DNA of 32,000 nt from Candidatus Pacearchaeota archaeon (GTDB taxonomy: Archaea > Nanobdellota > Nanobdellia > Pacearchaeales > GW2011-AR1): contig JAWCQE010000002.1 of NCBI GenBank assembly GCA_038869895.1, positions 73,034 through 105,033 on the forward strand, in the 5' to 3' direction. A model generated the notes under the pieces. It was not told the origin of the DNA. It did not search any database and saw nothing but the letters and a program-made list of their open reading frames with translations. The stretch's first letter is position 1, and every line of letters starts with the position of its first letter. Shown piece after piece: positions 9,065-18,522 of this stretch. The translations under genes were made by a program, and so were the position numbers.

Positions 9065-11695
9065 ATGGGTGATAGTTATATAAAATGGCTTTCTGAATTA
9101 GATAAAAATTCTGGAGGTGTTGCTGGTGGCAAGGGAGCAAATCTGGCTGAAATGTTCAATGCAAACCTTCCTGTTCCTCCTGCTTTTATAATCACAACAG
9201 AAGCGTACAATTATTTAATTGAAAAAACAAGTATAAAAAAAGAAATTGAGAAGATTCTTAATAATATTAATGTTGATGATACTATAGAACTTGATGAAAA
9301 ATCAACAAATATACGTGAGATAATAGTAAATTCTCAAATGCCAAAAGATTTGGAAGAGGAGATAATTGAGGCATATGAACATCTAAGCACAGATAAAAAA
9401 TCACTTGAATTTGCGTCAAAAAACGCGTTGTCAATATTAAAACATAGTCTTGAACCAACGTTTGTAGCAGTTCGTTCATCTGCAACGACAGAAGACCTTG
9501 AAGATTCAAGTTTTGCAGGACAACAGGAAACTTACCTTAATGTAAAAGGGAATAAAGAACTATTGGAAAATGTTAAAAAAGTTTTTGCAAGTTTGTTTAC
9601 CTCAAGAGCAATTTATTACAGAAAAAAACGCGGATTTTCAGGAGAAAAATTTGCTCTTGCAGTTGTAGTGCAGAAAATGATAAATTCAGATAAATCTGGA
9701 GTTATGTTTTCAAAAAATCCTGTAAAGAACAATAATAACGTGTTAATAGAAGCAGTTTTTGGACTTGGAGAAGGTATAGTCTCTGGAAAAATAAATCCAG
9801 ATACATACGAAGTATCTTCTGAACTTGAGATAATTTCAAGAAAAATAGGAATAAAAAAAATAGCTCTTACAAGAAATTCAAATGGAAAAAACGTTGAAGT
9901 TAAATTAACTGAAGAAAAACAAACCTCACAAGTTTTAAAAGATAGTGAAATAAAATCTTTGGCAAATTTTGCATTAAAAATTGAAGAACATTATAAAAAA
10001 CCTCAAGATATTGAGTTTGCTATTGAATCTGGGGAAATTTATATTGTGCAGTCAAGGCCAATAACAACGAAAATAAAAGATTCAGAGAAAAAAATAAGCG
10101 GCAATTTAATTCTTGAAGGACTTGGAGCATCACCGGGAGTTAGGATTGGAAAAGTAAAAATCATAAACTCAATGAGCGATTTAGATAAAGTCGAGAAAGG
10201 AGATATACTAGTGACAAAAATGACAAATCCCGATATGGTTGTTACAATGGCAAAGGCTAACGCTATTGTAACAGATGAGGGGGGAATAACAAGTCACGCG
10301 GCAATTGTATCCAGAGAGATGGGGATACCTGCAGTTGTTGGAACAGGAAATGCAACAGAAGTTTTGAAAGACGGACAGATTATTACAGTTGACGGCTCAA
10401 ATGGAAAAATATATTCTGGGGAATCTGAAGAAAAAAGTGTTGAAATAAAACCAATTGTAAACACAAAAACAAAAATTAAAGTTATTGTTGATATTCCAGA
10501 AGCTGCCCATAGGGCGACTCTGACAAAATGCAATGAAATAGGATTACTAAGACTTGAAGGAATAATCGCCTCACAAGGAAAACATCCAATGCAGTATGAA
10601 AAAGAAAACAAACTTGAAGAATATGAAGATATATTGGAAAGAGGAATATCAAAAATTTCTGAAAAGTTTATTGAAATATGGATAAGGACGAGTGACTTAA
10701 GAAGTGATGAATTTTCATCCCTTAAAGGTTCTCCTGAAAAAGAAGGAAATCCTATGCTTGGAAATCATGGGATAAGGTTTTCATTAAAACATCCGAGAAT
10801 ACTTTCATCCGAACTAAATGCTGTAAAAAAGATAGCATTAAAAAATGAAGGAAAAATATTTGGAATAATGTTTCCGCAAGTTATTTCTCCATCAGAAGTT
10901 AATGAAGCAAAAAAAATAGCAAATCTATTAGGATTGTTAAAATTAAAAAATATAAAATTTGGTATAATGGTTGAAACACCTGCTGCTGCTTTAATTATAA
11001 GAAGTTTTATGAATACTGGAATTTCATTCGTGAGTTTCGGAACGAATGACTTAACACAATATATTCTTGCTATTGATAGGAATAATGAGGAGGTTCAAAA
11101 TTTATTTAATGAAATGCATCCAGCAGTTCTTAATGCTATAAAAAGAGTAATAAGAACATGTAAAGAATATGGAGTTGAAACTTCGATATGTGGACAAGCC
11201 GGGAGCAGAAAAGAAATGGTATCTTTTTTAGTTGAAAACGAGATAGATTCAATTTCTGTAAATGCTGATGCGGCGTATGAAATATCAAAGATTGTGGCTG
11301 AAATTGAAGTAAAAAACAATGATAAAAAGAAGGTTCATTTTAAAGCTTCAAGATTTAAGAGAAGCAAAAATTATGGAAAAAAAGAATCTCCTGAAAAAAA
11401 AACTCAAGAAGTACTTAATAAAATAGAAAGTGAGATAGTAAAAGAAGTGTTATCTAGTCCAGGCGATATTTTCACACAAGATAACAATCAAAAAAGAGAT
11501 GTTAAAATACCTTATCATAAGTCAAAAATTGAAAAACCTCTTCCAGCCTATATATCTTCTACAAAAGATTTTTCTTTCATGGACGATATGGGCGCATTAA
11601 AAGCCCTTTTCGGTGATAATAATAAAATTTCTAAAATTGAATTTGAAAAAAAATCAGAAATTGACGATAAAGAAGAAAAAACAGATATTTTTTAA
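9065..11695 (+). CDS. ppsA: Phosphoenolpyruvate synthase (pyruvate, water dikinase) with a Lys-rich C-terminal extension
   Basis: GGKGANLAEM ATP-grasp start, central swivel domain with TDEGGITSHAAIVSREMGIPAVVG (catalytic His), and a PEP-utiliser TIM barrel (FVSFGTNDLTQY). About 130 extra low-complexity residues at the C-terminus. Confidence 0.9.
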   Translation: MGDSYIKWLSELDKNSGGVAGGKGANLAEMFNANLPVPPAFIITTEAYNYLIEKTSIKKEIEKILNNINVDDTIELDEKSTNIREIIVNSQMPKDLEEEIIEAYEHLSTDKKSLEFASKNALSILKHSLEPTFVAVRSSATTEDLEDSSFAGQQETYLNVKGNKELLENVKKVFASLFTSRAIYYRKKRGFSGEKFALAVVVQKMINSDKSGVMFSKNPVKNNNNVLIEAVFGLGEGIVSGKINPDTYEVSSELEIISRKIGIKKIALTRNSNGKNVEVKLTEEKQTSQVLKDSEIKSLANFALKIEEHYKKPQDIEFAIESGEIYIVQSRPITTKIKDSEKKISGNLILEGLGASPGVRIGKVKIINSMSDLDKVEKGDILVTKMTNPDMVVTMAKANAIVTDEGGITSHAAIVSREMGIPAVVGTGNATEVLKDGQIITVDGSNGKIYSGESEEKSVEIKPIVNTKTKIKVIVDIPEAAHRATLTKCNEIGLLRLEGIIASQGKHPMQYEKENKLEEYEDILERGISKISEKFIEIWIRTSDLRSDEFSSLKGSPEKEGNPMLGNHGIRFSLKHPRILSSELNAVKKIALKNEGKIFGIMFPQVISPSEVNEAKKIANLLGLLKLKNIKFGIMVETPAAALIIRSFMNTGISFVSFGTNDLTQYILAIDRNNEEVQNLFNEMHPAVLNAIKRVIRTCKEYGVETSICGQAGSRKEMVSFLVENEIDSISVNADAAYEISKIVAEIEVKNNDKKKVHFKASRFKRSKNYGKKESPEKKTQEVLNKIESEIVKEVLSSPGDIFTQDNNQKRDVKIPYHKSKIEKPLPAYISSTKDFSFMDDMGALKALFGDNNKISKIEFEKKSEIDDKEEKTDIF

Positions 11696-11743
11696 TCTAT
11701 ATTTAACTAATATTAATGAAATATAAAGTTTAATGAAGAAAGT

Positions 11744-12046
11744 TCAAATTTTTATTTTAACAATTCCATTTTTATTCTTTATTGTACATTGACAAATAAG
11801 TCTAAAATTATCACTTTCGTCAAAGCCCATATCAATTTCATTTTTAGTTCTTTCACTTAAATTTTCCATACCCTCTATAATTTCTACTCTACAACTTCCA
11901 CATCTTCCGTCGGTGCACCCAAAAGGGACACCAAGTTCTTCAGCCTTATCAATTAAATCTTGGTTATTATTTTCCTTGACTTCTTTTTCATTTATCTCTT
12001 TTGATTCAAATTCAATTATCTCGTCGATCCTAATTATCTTTGCCAC
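11744..12046 (-). CDS. 2Fe-2S ferredoxin-like protein
   Basis: 100 aa with CTDGRCGSC (C-x4-C-x2-C) and a later CQC, the plant-type 2Fe-2S ligand pattern. Confidence 0.7.
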   Translation of the reverse strand: MAKIIRIDEIIEFESKEINEKEVKENNNQDLIDKAEELGVPFGCTDGRCGSCRVEIIEGMENLSERTKNEIDMGFDESDNFRLICQCTIKNKNGIVKIKI

Positions 12047-12186
12047 TAATTTAATGGAAGTATGGATTATATAAATATTTAGTGTGGTAATTTGTTATCT
12101 ATCATATATATTGTAAAATGTATATTTAACTTAATAATTCTTTAAATAGCCCTTAATAAAATTGTTTTAATTATAAAGTAATTAAA

Positions 12187-13461
12187 ATGAAAGAATTAAA
12201 AGGGACTTTTTTAAGGGGATTGACATCTATATTATTATCTTTGCCTCCTTTGGCAACCAATGGTTGTGCATATCATTCTGTTTTTAGGAATAATGAAATG
12301 TCGAATGGAGCTCAATTACTTGAAGATACTAAATTAAATTATGAAAATTATGATGCAATGAGGGAGTATGTTATCGTTAATAATAGGGCTTATCCTAGGG
12401 GAGAAAGTCCTGTAGAATTTGATGAGGAGATAATACAGGTTTCACCTTTACCAGTAAAGAGGTTAAGAGAAATTAACGCCACTTACATAGAATCTCCTGA
12501 TGGAAATATAATAATGAACTATGCTTGTAGAATACCTCCTTCAGACCTTCAAGACTTGATTAAAGATTATCTGCCAGATGGAATCAAAGTTGAAGAATTT
12601 CCCACTAAAAACATGCTCATATTCAGTGGAAAAAAAGAGTCTTTTAATGAAAATAATTTAGGACATCTTTCTAATTTAATAAATCAATTTGACATTCCGC
12701 CAGAACAAATTCGTATCCGTTTAAGAATAGTAGAATATTTTGCGGATAATACCTATGACAGAGACTTATCATTAAATGTTTTGAAGGATTTGATGCCAGT
12801 AATTACATCTTCTCTCCCCAGTAGTTTAGATACAAATAAAAATCCCAATATAGGGACTGCTATACATCCTTTTAATCTTATTACTCTAAATACAAAAAGA
12901 CTTACTTTTGAGGGAGCAATAAAATTTTTAGATAGTTATGGAAAAACAAATACTCTTGCAGACTTGGATTTATTAACTTCAAATGGAAGACCTACTGAAT
13001 TGAAAAATCAAAGTTCAATTCCATATCCAGAAACGCAGATAGTTGGAAATAGTGTATTAGAAACTTTAAGATATAGAGATATTGGGTTGGACGCAAAATT
13101 AATTCCCTTTGCTAATGAGGAGGGATTTATTACAATAAAAGTTGAAAAAGCAGAGTCAGGAGAGCAAACAGGTTTTTCTGGAACAATTCAGAGGCCGATT
13201 TTTAGACTTGCGGATTTAATTACAGAAATAAATGTAATGAATGGATTAACTTATTTTGTAGCGTCTTCGAATTTTACAAGATATAAATCAGTAAATAGAG
13301 GAATCCCTGGAGTTAATAAAGTCCCAGTAATAGGAGATGTTACAACTTCTAGTTCAATTGAAAATATTCAGTCACAGCTTTTATATTTTATAGAAGCACG
13401 TGTAATGGATAGGAGGGATAGAATAACAGGAATTGTGCCATCAATTAGAAATAATCCTTAA
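12187..13461 (+). CDS. Secretin-family protein (GspD/PilQ/pIV-like), putative lipoprotein
   Basis: N-terminal signal ending LATNGC. C-terminal half shows the secretin-domain pattern: LLTSNGRPTELKNQSSIPYP, YRDIGLDAKLIPFANEEGFITIKVE, RPIFRLADLITEINVMNGLTYFVAS, IPGVNKVPVIGDV...QLLYFIEARV. Confidence 0.65.
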   Translation: MKELKGTFLRGLTSILLSLPPLATNGCAYHSVFRNNEMSNGAQLLEDTKLNYENYDAMREYVIVNNRAYPRGESPVEFDEEIIQVSPLPVKRLREINATYIESPDGNIIMNYACRIPPSDLQDLIKDYLPDGIKVEEFPTKNMLIFSGKKESFNENNLGHLSNLINQFDIPPEQIRIRLRIVEYFADNTYDRDLSLNVLKDLMPVITSSLPSSLDTNKNPNIGTAIHPFNLITLNTKRLTFEGAIKFLDSYGKTNTLADLDLLTSNGRPTELKNQSSIPYPETQIVGNSVLETLRYRDIGLDAKLIPFANEEGFITIKVEKAESGEQTGFSGTIQRPIFRLADLITEINVMNGLTYFVASSNFTRYKSVNRGIPGVNKVPVIGDVTTSSSIENIQSQLLYFIEARVMDRRDRITGIVPSIRNNP

Positions 13462-13614
13462 ATTACTTTTATTATTTTTAACATATCTCTTCTTGGTCTT
13501 ACCTTTCCTTGCTTTTCTTCAAGCAATTAACAATTTACCCATATTGTATGTTTTCTCATATAGATTTTTGTAGGTTTTCATTATAATCCTGACCATAGAC
13601 TACCATTAAGAACT

Positions 13615-14820
13615 TTAAAAATTTTCGCGCGTGCCTTCGGCACTAACGACTACTACCTGACCGTGCTCGTACGAATTACGCAAGCAGTCGTAATGCGAAT
13701 TCAAGTTTCGGTTACTATTGAGAAAAGCCCTCGCAAGGCCAAATTGCATAGTACATAATGTTCTATTTCCTCCACTACCTAAAATAGGTAATCCATTCTC
13801 ATCTCCCCTACTAAATCTTTGTTCATGATTACTTTTTACTAATTGTGGAGCATGATATATTTTTCCATCTTCTCTTAAATTAAATGCTAAACCATAATCA
13901 GAACTTTTACTTGCATCAGAACTAGGATTATCTAATTCAAGACTTGTTAGTGGGACCATAACAGGATATTCAATTTTTCCATCTCTTGCCTTAATTTGTT
14001 TAGCTAAATGTTGTGCTAGTTTAGCATTAACTTCACATTGAGTTCTTAAAATTAAGGCTCCATCGTTATAAGTAGAACTTAAATCTAATGTTCCTTGTTC
14101 TAAAATTCTCTCTAAATCTGCCAAGGTTGCTGTTCTAAATCCCCCACTACTTATAATTTGATTAACTAAAACAACCGCAAAAGAATTTGAACCTCTTACA
14201 ACACCATCATAAAAGGATAAAACATTCAAAGTTCCTATTCCGTTATATTCTGATTTAACTCTTTCTTGATATTCCTCTAAAACTTCTTTACCAAATTCTC
14301 CTCTTAAAAGATTAACTTTATGTTTTTGTCCGTTAATATCTAAATCTCTACCTTCAAATTTTGGGATTTCAAATTCTGGTCTAAGTAATCCGAGCCCTGT
14401 AACCTTGTATAATGCTTTTCTTTGCTCTCTTGGAACTTGCGATAATTCCACAATCTTACCAGTTAAGTAAGATTTAGCATCTGATTCTGGAATTCCCAAC
14501 ATTTCTGCTGCTGTGGTTAAATCTTTTTTATTCAGTCTTCTTGCCCTTAATTGTTCTTCTGAAATCTGGTCAACCAATCCTAAATCACTCATACGATAAT
14601 GTTTACCTTCCATTCTATCATCAAATTTTACAGACGCAGATGGTTCACCATCAATAGAATGATCTCCAAAATTACCGATAACTACTCCTTCACCATAATT
14701 CTGGTCTGCAAATCTACTATCTCTTCTAATTTTGATTCTCGCTCCTCTCCCCAATTCCTGTTCAGATAATCTTTTCAGAAGCCATTCTTTCAATTGTTCA
14801 TTCCATGTTTTTTCGGTCAT
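13615..14820 (-). CDS. Hypothetical protein with a DGR-VR-like C-terminus (second candidate DGR target)
   Basis: 401 aa. GC-richer than the flanks, and last gene of a tightly packed three-gene unit. The C-terminus RAFLNSNRNLNSHYDCLRNSYEHGQVVVV parallels the RAW...HGRFVGI end of the 2475 gene. Confidence 0.65.
   Translation of the reverse strand: MTEKTWNEQLKEWLLKRLSEQELGRGARIKIRRDSRFADQNYGEGVVIGNFGDHSIDGEPSASVKFDDRMEGKHYRMSDLGLVDQISEEQLRARRLNKKDLTTAAEMLGIPESDAKSYLTGKIVELSQVPREQRKALYKVTGLGLLRPEFEIPKFEGRDLDINGQKHKVNLLRGEFGKEVLEEYQERVKSEYNGIGTLNVLSFYDGVVRGSNSFAVVLVNQIISSGGFRTATLADLERILEQGTLDLSSTYNDGALILRTQCEVNAKLAQHLAKQIKARDGKIEYPVMVPLTSLELDNPSSDASKSSDYGLAFNLREDGKIYHAPQLVKSNHEQRFSRGDENGLPILGSGGNRTLCTMQFGLARAFLNSNRNLNSHYDCLRNSYEHGQVVVVSAEGTRENF
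13631..13643 (-). other. Perfect hairpin GTGCC-GAA-GGCAC 3' of the VR-like segment
   Basis: 5-bp GC-rich stem with a 3-nt loop inside the last codons of the gene. Homologous at nucleotide level to 3108..3120. Confidence 0.45.
13644..13731 (-). repeat. VR-like segment rich in AAY-derived codons
   Basis: Coding-strand codons are aat agt aac cga aac ttg aat tcg cat tac gac tgc ttg cgt aat tcg tac gag cac. Twelve of the 19 are NNY codons reachable from AAC/AAT by changes at A. No cognate copy was found in the window. Confidence 0.4.
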
Positions 14821-14821
14821 T

Positions 14822-15235
14822 CTACATTCCTCCTCTTAGAACATCCATTGCTGCTCTTGGATTTTTCTCAAAGACTTGAAAAGACATTCCTATCATCACT
14901 GAATTTCTTTTTAGCCATTCGGGAACTTCGAGATTTAAATCAATTTCTGTTTCTCTTTCAAATTGTTCCGCTACTTGTCTGCTTCTTTGTTCAGAATAAG
15001 AGGTCACTGTTAAAATTACATTATAACCTGCAGAGTTTACCAATCTATCTTTTTGTTGAGAAACCATTAATAAATAAGGTTCTTCAGTTTCTTTAAATAG
15101 TCCATACTTAACAGTATTCCCCAATCCTAAAGGTATAGGAAGAAGTTTTTCACTAAAACTTCTAATAGCTCCTTCTAATGAACCTTTGAATGCTCCAACT
15201 CTTACTAATGTTTGTGGTGTTTTTATTGAAGCCAT
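14822..15235 (-). CDS. Hypothetical protein (middle gene of the GC-rich cassette)
   Basis: 137-aa ORF separated by 1 nt from both neighbouring ORFs. No motif recognised. Confidence 0.5.
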   Translation of the reverse strand: MASIKTPQTLVRVGAFKGSLEGAIRSFSEKLLPIPLGLGNTVKYGLFKETEEPYLLMVSQQKDRLVNSAGYNVILTVTSYSEQRSRQVAEQFERETEIDLNLEVPEWLKRNSVMIGMSFQVFEKNPRAAMDVLRGGM

Positions 15236-15236
15236 C

Positions 15237-15527
15237 TTATCCCAAACTTGCCTCCAATTCTTGATAATTATTTAATGGGTCATCTAATTTAATTTCTTCA
15301 ACCCTATGCTCGTATTCGTATTGAGCACAATCTTTTATTGGACATTCGACACATTTTTGCATCATCTTTCTTTTTTTCGAGTGATAAGTTACTCTATCCC
15401 ATCTAACTGATTTTCCCTGTAAATCTGGTTTTGAAACAAGCAACCCTCTAAACCTTGCTCTTGTATCTTGAGGAGCATTTTCTACTGCATATTCAATTTG
15501 TTCATCTGTAAAAAGCCTGTCAACCAT
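15237..15527 (-). CDS. Hypothetical protein with a Cys cluster (first gene of the GC-rich cassette)
   Basis: 96 aa containing CVECPIKDC. Its start lies 24 nt from the SOD stop. Confidence 0.5.
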   Translation of the reverse strand: MVDRLFTDEQIEYAVENAPQDTRARFRGLLVSKPDLQGKSVRWDRVTYHSKKRKMMQKCVECPIKDCAQYEYEHRVEEIKLDDPLNNYQELEASLG

Positions 15528-15540
15528 GCCAGTATCTTGT

Positions 15541-15550
15541 AATTTATAAA
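15541..15550 (-). promoter_or_regulatory. TATA-like element for the 15527 cassette
   Basis: The minus strand reads AATTTTATAAATT roughly 15-25 nt upstream of the ATG at 15527 and reaches into the sod stop codon. Confidence 0.3.
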
Positions 15551-15551
15551 A

Positions 15552-16154
15552 TTAGGAATTATTTTCTAAGAATTCTTCTACTTTTTTCCAATTTATGATA
15601 TTCCACCACGCTGAAATATAGTCTAATCTTCTGTTTTGATATTTTAGATAGTAAGCATGTTCCCAGATATCCAATCCCAATATTGGAGTTTGGTTGTCCA
15701 TTAGGGGAGAATCCTGATTTGGAGTTGATATGATTTTTAATTTTTTCTTATCCAACACGAGCCAAGCCCATCCACTTCCAAATATTGCCAAAGCAGAATT
15801 TGTGAATTCCTCTTTAAATTTTATAAAACTTCCAAAAACTTTTTCAATTTCTTTTTGAAAATTATTTGAAGGAGAACATTGCTTTGGAGTCATTAATTGC
15901 CAAAACAAGGTATGGTTGGCATGCCCTCCACCATTATTTATAACTGCTGTCCTTATATTTTCAGGAACTTGTTCAATATCTTTTAAAATTTGATTAATAT
16001 CTTTATTCTCAAACTTTGTGCCTTTAAGAGAGCTATTTAACTTATCAATATATGCTTGATGATGTTTTTTATGATGTATCTCCATTGTTTGTGCATCTAT
16101 ATATGGTTCTAAAGAATTATACTCATAAGGTAATTTTGGAAGACTAAATGACAT
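15552..16154 (-). CDS. sod: Fe/Mn superoxide dismutase
   Basis: LPYEYNSLEPYID...HHKKHH...DIWEHAYYLKYQNRR are the canonical Fe/Mn-SOD signatures. Confidence 0.95.
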   Translation of the reverse strand: MSFSLPKLPYEYNSLEPYIDAQTMEIHHKKHHQAYIDKLNSSLKGTKFENKDINQILKDIEQVPENIRTAVINNGGGHANHTLFWQLMTPKQCSPSNNFQKEIEKVFGSFIKFKEEFTNSALAIFGSGWAWLVLDKKKLKIISTPNQDSPLMDNQTPILGLDIWEHAYYLKYQNRRLDYISAWWNIINWKKVEEFLENNS

Positions 16155-16285
16155 ACAATACTTTATAATTAAGATTATTTAAGTTTTGTGTAAGTTAATT
16201 TTAATTAAATAAATATAATTTTGTATATAAGAATATATAAGATAATTATATAAAAATTTAAATACTTATTTTTCATAAAAAAAAT

Positions 16286-17128
16286 ATGAAAAAGCCTATT
16301 ATACTTGTAATATCAATATTAATCTTATCAGTTTCATTTGTTTTGGCTTGGAACCCAAATTTTCAAGTTGCCGAAGTTGTTCCTTCAGATGGACATGCTA
16401 TTGTTAGGATTCCTGAGAACGCAGTTCAAGTTGCTCCTGGTATTTTTTCTTTAGGAATATCAAGAGATGTTGATGGAAGTTTAATTGAAGGATATGCAAT
16501 AGTTAAGTATAAGAAAGGATTTGAACACAAGTCAACTAACAAACAAGGAGGGTTTAGAGGAAATGAGTTAACAACACAATGTTTCAGTTTTCTTGCAAGT
16601 GGAGCAAAATGGAAAGTAAGAGAGAATTACATAGTTAATCCATCAAATAATGTGGGATTGGATGAACTATTTATAAGAAGTAATTTAGTTTCAGATATTC
16701 AAGAGTGGGAGAATGCGGCAGGGAAGGATATTTTTGGTGATGAGGTTAATGGAAGTGTTAATATTGAAAGTATAGGAAAAGTTGCTAATGGACAAAATGA
16801 AGTTGTTTTTGGAAGTATTAACAATGCAGGAGTAATTGCAGTTACTTATGTTTGGGGAGTTTTTTCAGGTCCTCTTAAAAATAGAAGATTAGTTGAATGG
16901 GATCAAATCTACAATCAAGTCGATTTTTCATGGAATACCAATGGAAATCCAAATGATATGGATTTTGAAAACATTGCCCAACATGAATTGGGACATTCTT
17001 TTGGATTAGGGCACCCAAGTGATTCGTGCACAGAAGAAACAATGTTTAGATTTGCATCTGAAGGTGAGACAAAAAAACGTGATTTAAATGTAGGAGATAT
17101 TGCAGGAATTAAAAAACTTTATAATTAA
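16286..17128 (+). CDS. Secreted matrixin-like (M10, metzincin) zinc metalloprotease
   Basis: Signal peptide, HELGHSFGLGH (HExxHxxGxxH) and a downstream Met-turn-like ETMF. Confidence 0.75.
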   Translation: MKKPIILVISILILSVSFVLAWNPNFQVAEVVPSDGHAIVRIPENAVQVAPGIFSLGISRDVDGSLIEGYAIVKYKKGFEHKSTNKQGGFRGNELTTQCFSFLASGAKWKVRENYIVNPSNNVGLDELFIRSNLVSDIQEWENAAGKDIFGDEVNGSVNIESIGKVANGQNEVVFGSINNAGVIAVTYVWGVFSGPLKNRRLVEWDQIYNQVDFSWNTNGNPNDMDFENIAQHELGHSFGLGHPSDSCTEETMFRFASEGETKKRDLNVGDIAGIKKLYN

Positions 17129-17246
17129 TTGGACAATATATAAGACTCACATTATTTATCATTATTTCAAAAATATATAATCTATTATTGCAAGAATAAC
17201 TAAATTTAAAATAGTTAAGATTAACATTTGAATAAATATTTAATTT

Positions 17247-17432
17247 TTATCTATTCCTTAATAACTTCAAATTTTCCATATATTTATTTAATAAACCTCT
17301 TAAAAAACGATCATATCCATATACTTTCCTATATGCGTCTGTAATTTCTTTCATAACATGTGGAGGTAGATAAAAACTTTCAAGAATCATATCGAGGGAT
17401 TTTTGAATATCTTCCTTTTTCATTTTCTCCAT
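17247..17432 (-). CDS. Small hypothetical protein
   Basis: 61-aa ORF overlapping the kae1 stop by 13 nt. No motif recognised. Confidence 0.3.
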   Translation of the reverse strand: MEKMKKEDIQKSLDMILESFYLPPHVMKEITDAYRKVYGYDRFLRGLLNKYMENLKLLRNR

Positions 17433-18406
17433 TTAACTTCAATGTCATCTGTCCTTTGTCTAGGAAAGATGTCAATTTTATTTAAGTCCTTTTCGTAAGT
17501 TTTTGAATTAAATATAATCTCTCCAAGATAAGCTATCATAGCTCCATTGTCAACAAGGAGGCTGTTTGGTGGGGCAAAAAACATCGCATCTCTTTCTTGA
17601 CACATAATTCTACACATCTCTTGTAATCTTATATTACACCCAACTCCTCCACCAATAACAAGTTCCTTTTTGTTTAAATGAGCAATGGCACGCTCACTTG
17701 CTTCAACTAACATTGCAAAAGCAGTTTCTTGAAGAGAAAAAGCCAAATCTTCAACAGAATAATCTTTTGATTTTTTATCATAAAGTTGCTTTAATTTTGT
17801 TTGCATTCCTGAAAAACTAATGTCCATTCCTTTAATTGAATAAGGTAGTTCAATATATTTTTTTCCTTTTTTTGCCAATTCTTGAATTTTTGGCCCTCCG
17901 GGAAATCCTAACCCGATGTATCTTGCAAATCCATCTATAAAATTTCCAATTCCATTGTCCAAGGTTTCTCCAAAAACTCTGTATCTCCCGCCAGCATAAG
18001 CAATTATTTGAGTATTAGCTCCTGAGGCATAAAGTAGAACAGAGTCTTTTGCACCTGTAATTCTTCCAATTTCAAGATGAGCAACGCAGTGATTTACAGG
18101 AATTAAAGGAACTTCGCATTTATAAGAAAGTTTTTTAGCAAATTTCATTCCTTCAAGCAAACAAGGAGCCAATCCAGGGCCAGAGGAGAATGCAATTGCT
18201 TTAATATCTTTAACTTTTGCTTTTGCCTCTTCAAAAGCTTTTTTAAAGACCTCGTTGGAAACATTTACATGATGAGCAGCAGCATCTTTTGGAACAATCC
18301 CGCCATGTTTAGTAGTATAAACATCTTTTACATTAGCAATTATTTTTCCTTTATTAACGACTCCTATTCCGAAAGTATGTGCAGTACTTTCAATTCCGAC
18401 TATCAT
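17420..18406 (-). CDS. kae1: tRNA N6-adenosine threonylcarbamoyltransferase Kae1
   Basis: 328 aa. GIESTAHTFGIGVV, HCVAHLEIGR and GGGVGCNIRLQEM are Kae1/TsaD motifs. Stand-alone, with no fused Bud32. Confidence 0.9.
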   Translation of the reverse strand: MIVGIESTAHTFGIGVVNKGKIIANVKDVYTTKHGGIVPKDAAAHHVNVSNEVFKKAFEEAKAKVKDIKAIAFSSGPGLAPCLLEGMKFAKKLSYKCEVPLIPVNHCVAHLEIGRITGAKDSVLLYASGANTQIIAYAGGRYRVFGETLDNGIGNFIDGFARYIGLGFPGGPKIQELAKKGKKYIELPYSIKGMDISFSGMQTKLKQLYDKKSKDYSVEDLAFSLQETAFAMLVEASERAIAHLNKKELVIGGGVGCNIRLQEMCRIMCQERDAMFFAPPNSLLVDNGAMIAYLGEIIFNSKTYEKDLNKIDIFPRQRTDDIEVKWRK

Positions 18407-18522
18407 AGTAAAAAAAAAGATTAGAAGTTTATAAGTTTAATGAAATAAACACTAATACAATAAAAATATATACTAGTATTGTTAAAGAAATATAAAGAGA
18501 AAATAATGGTAAATATAATAAA

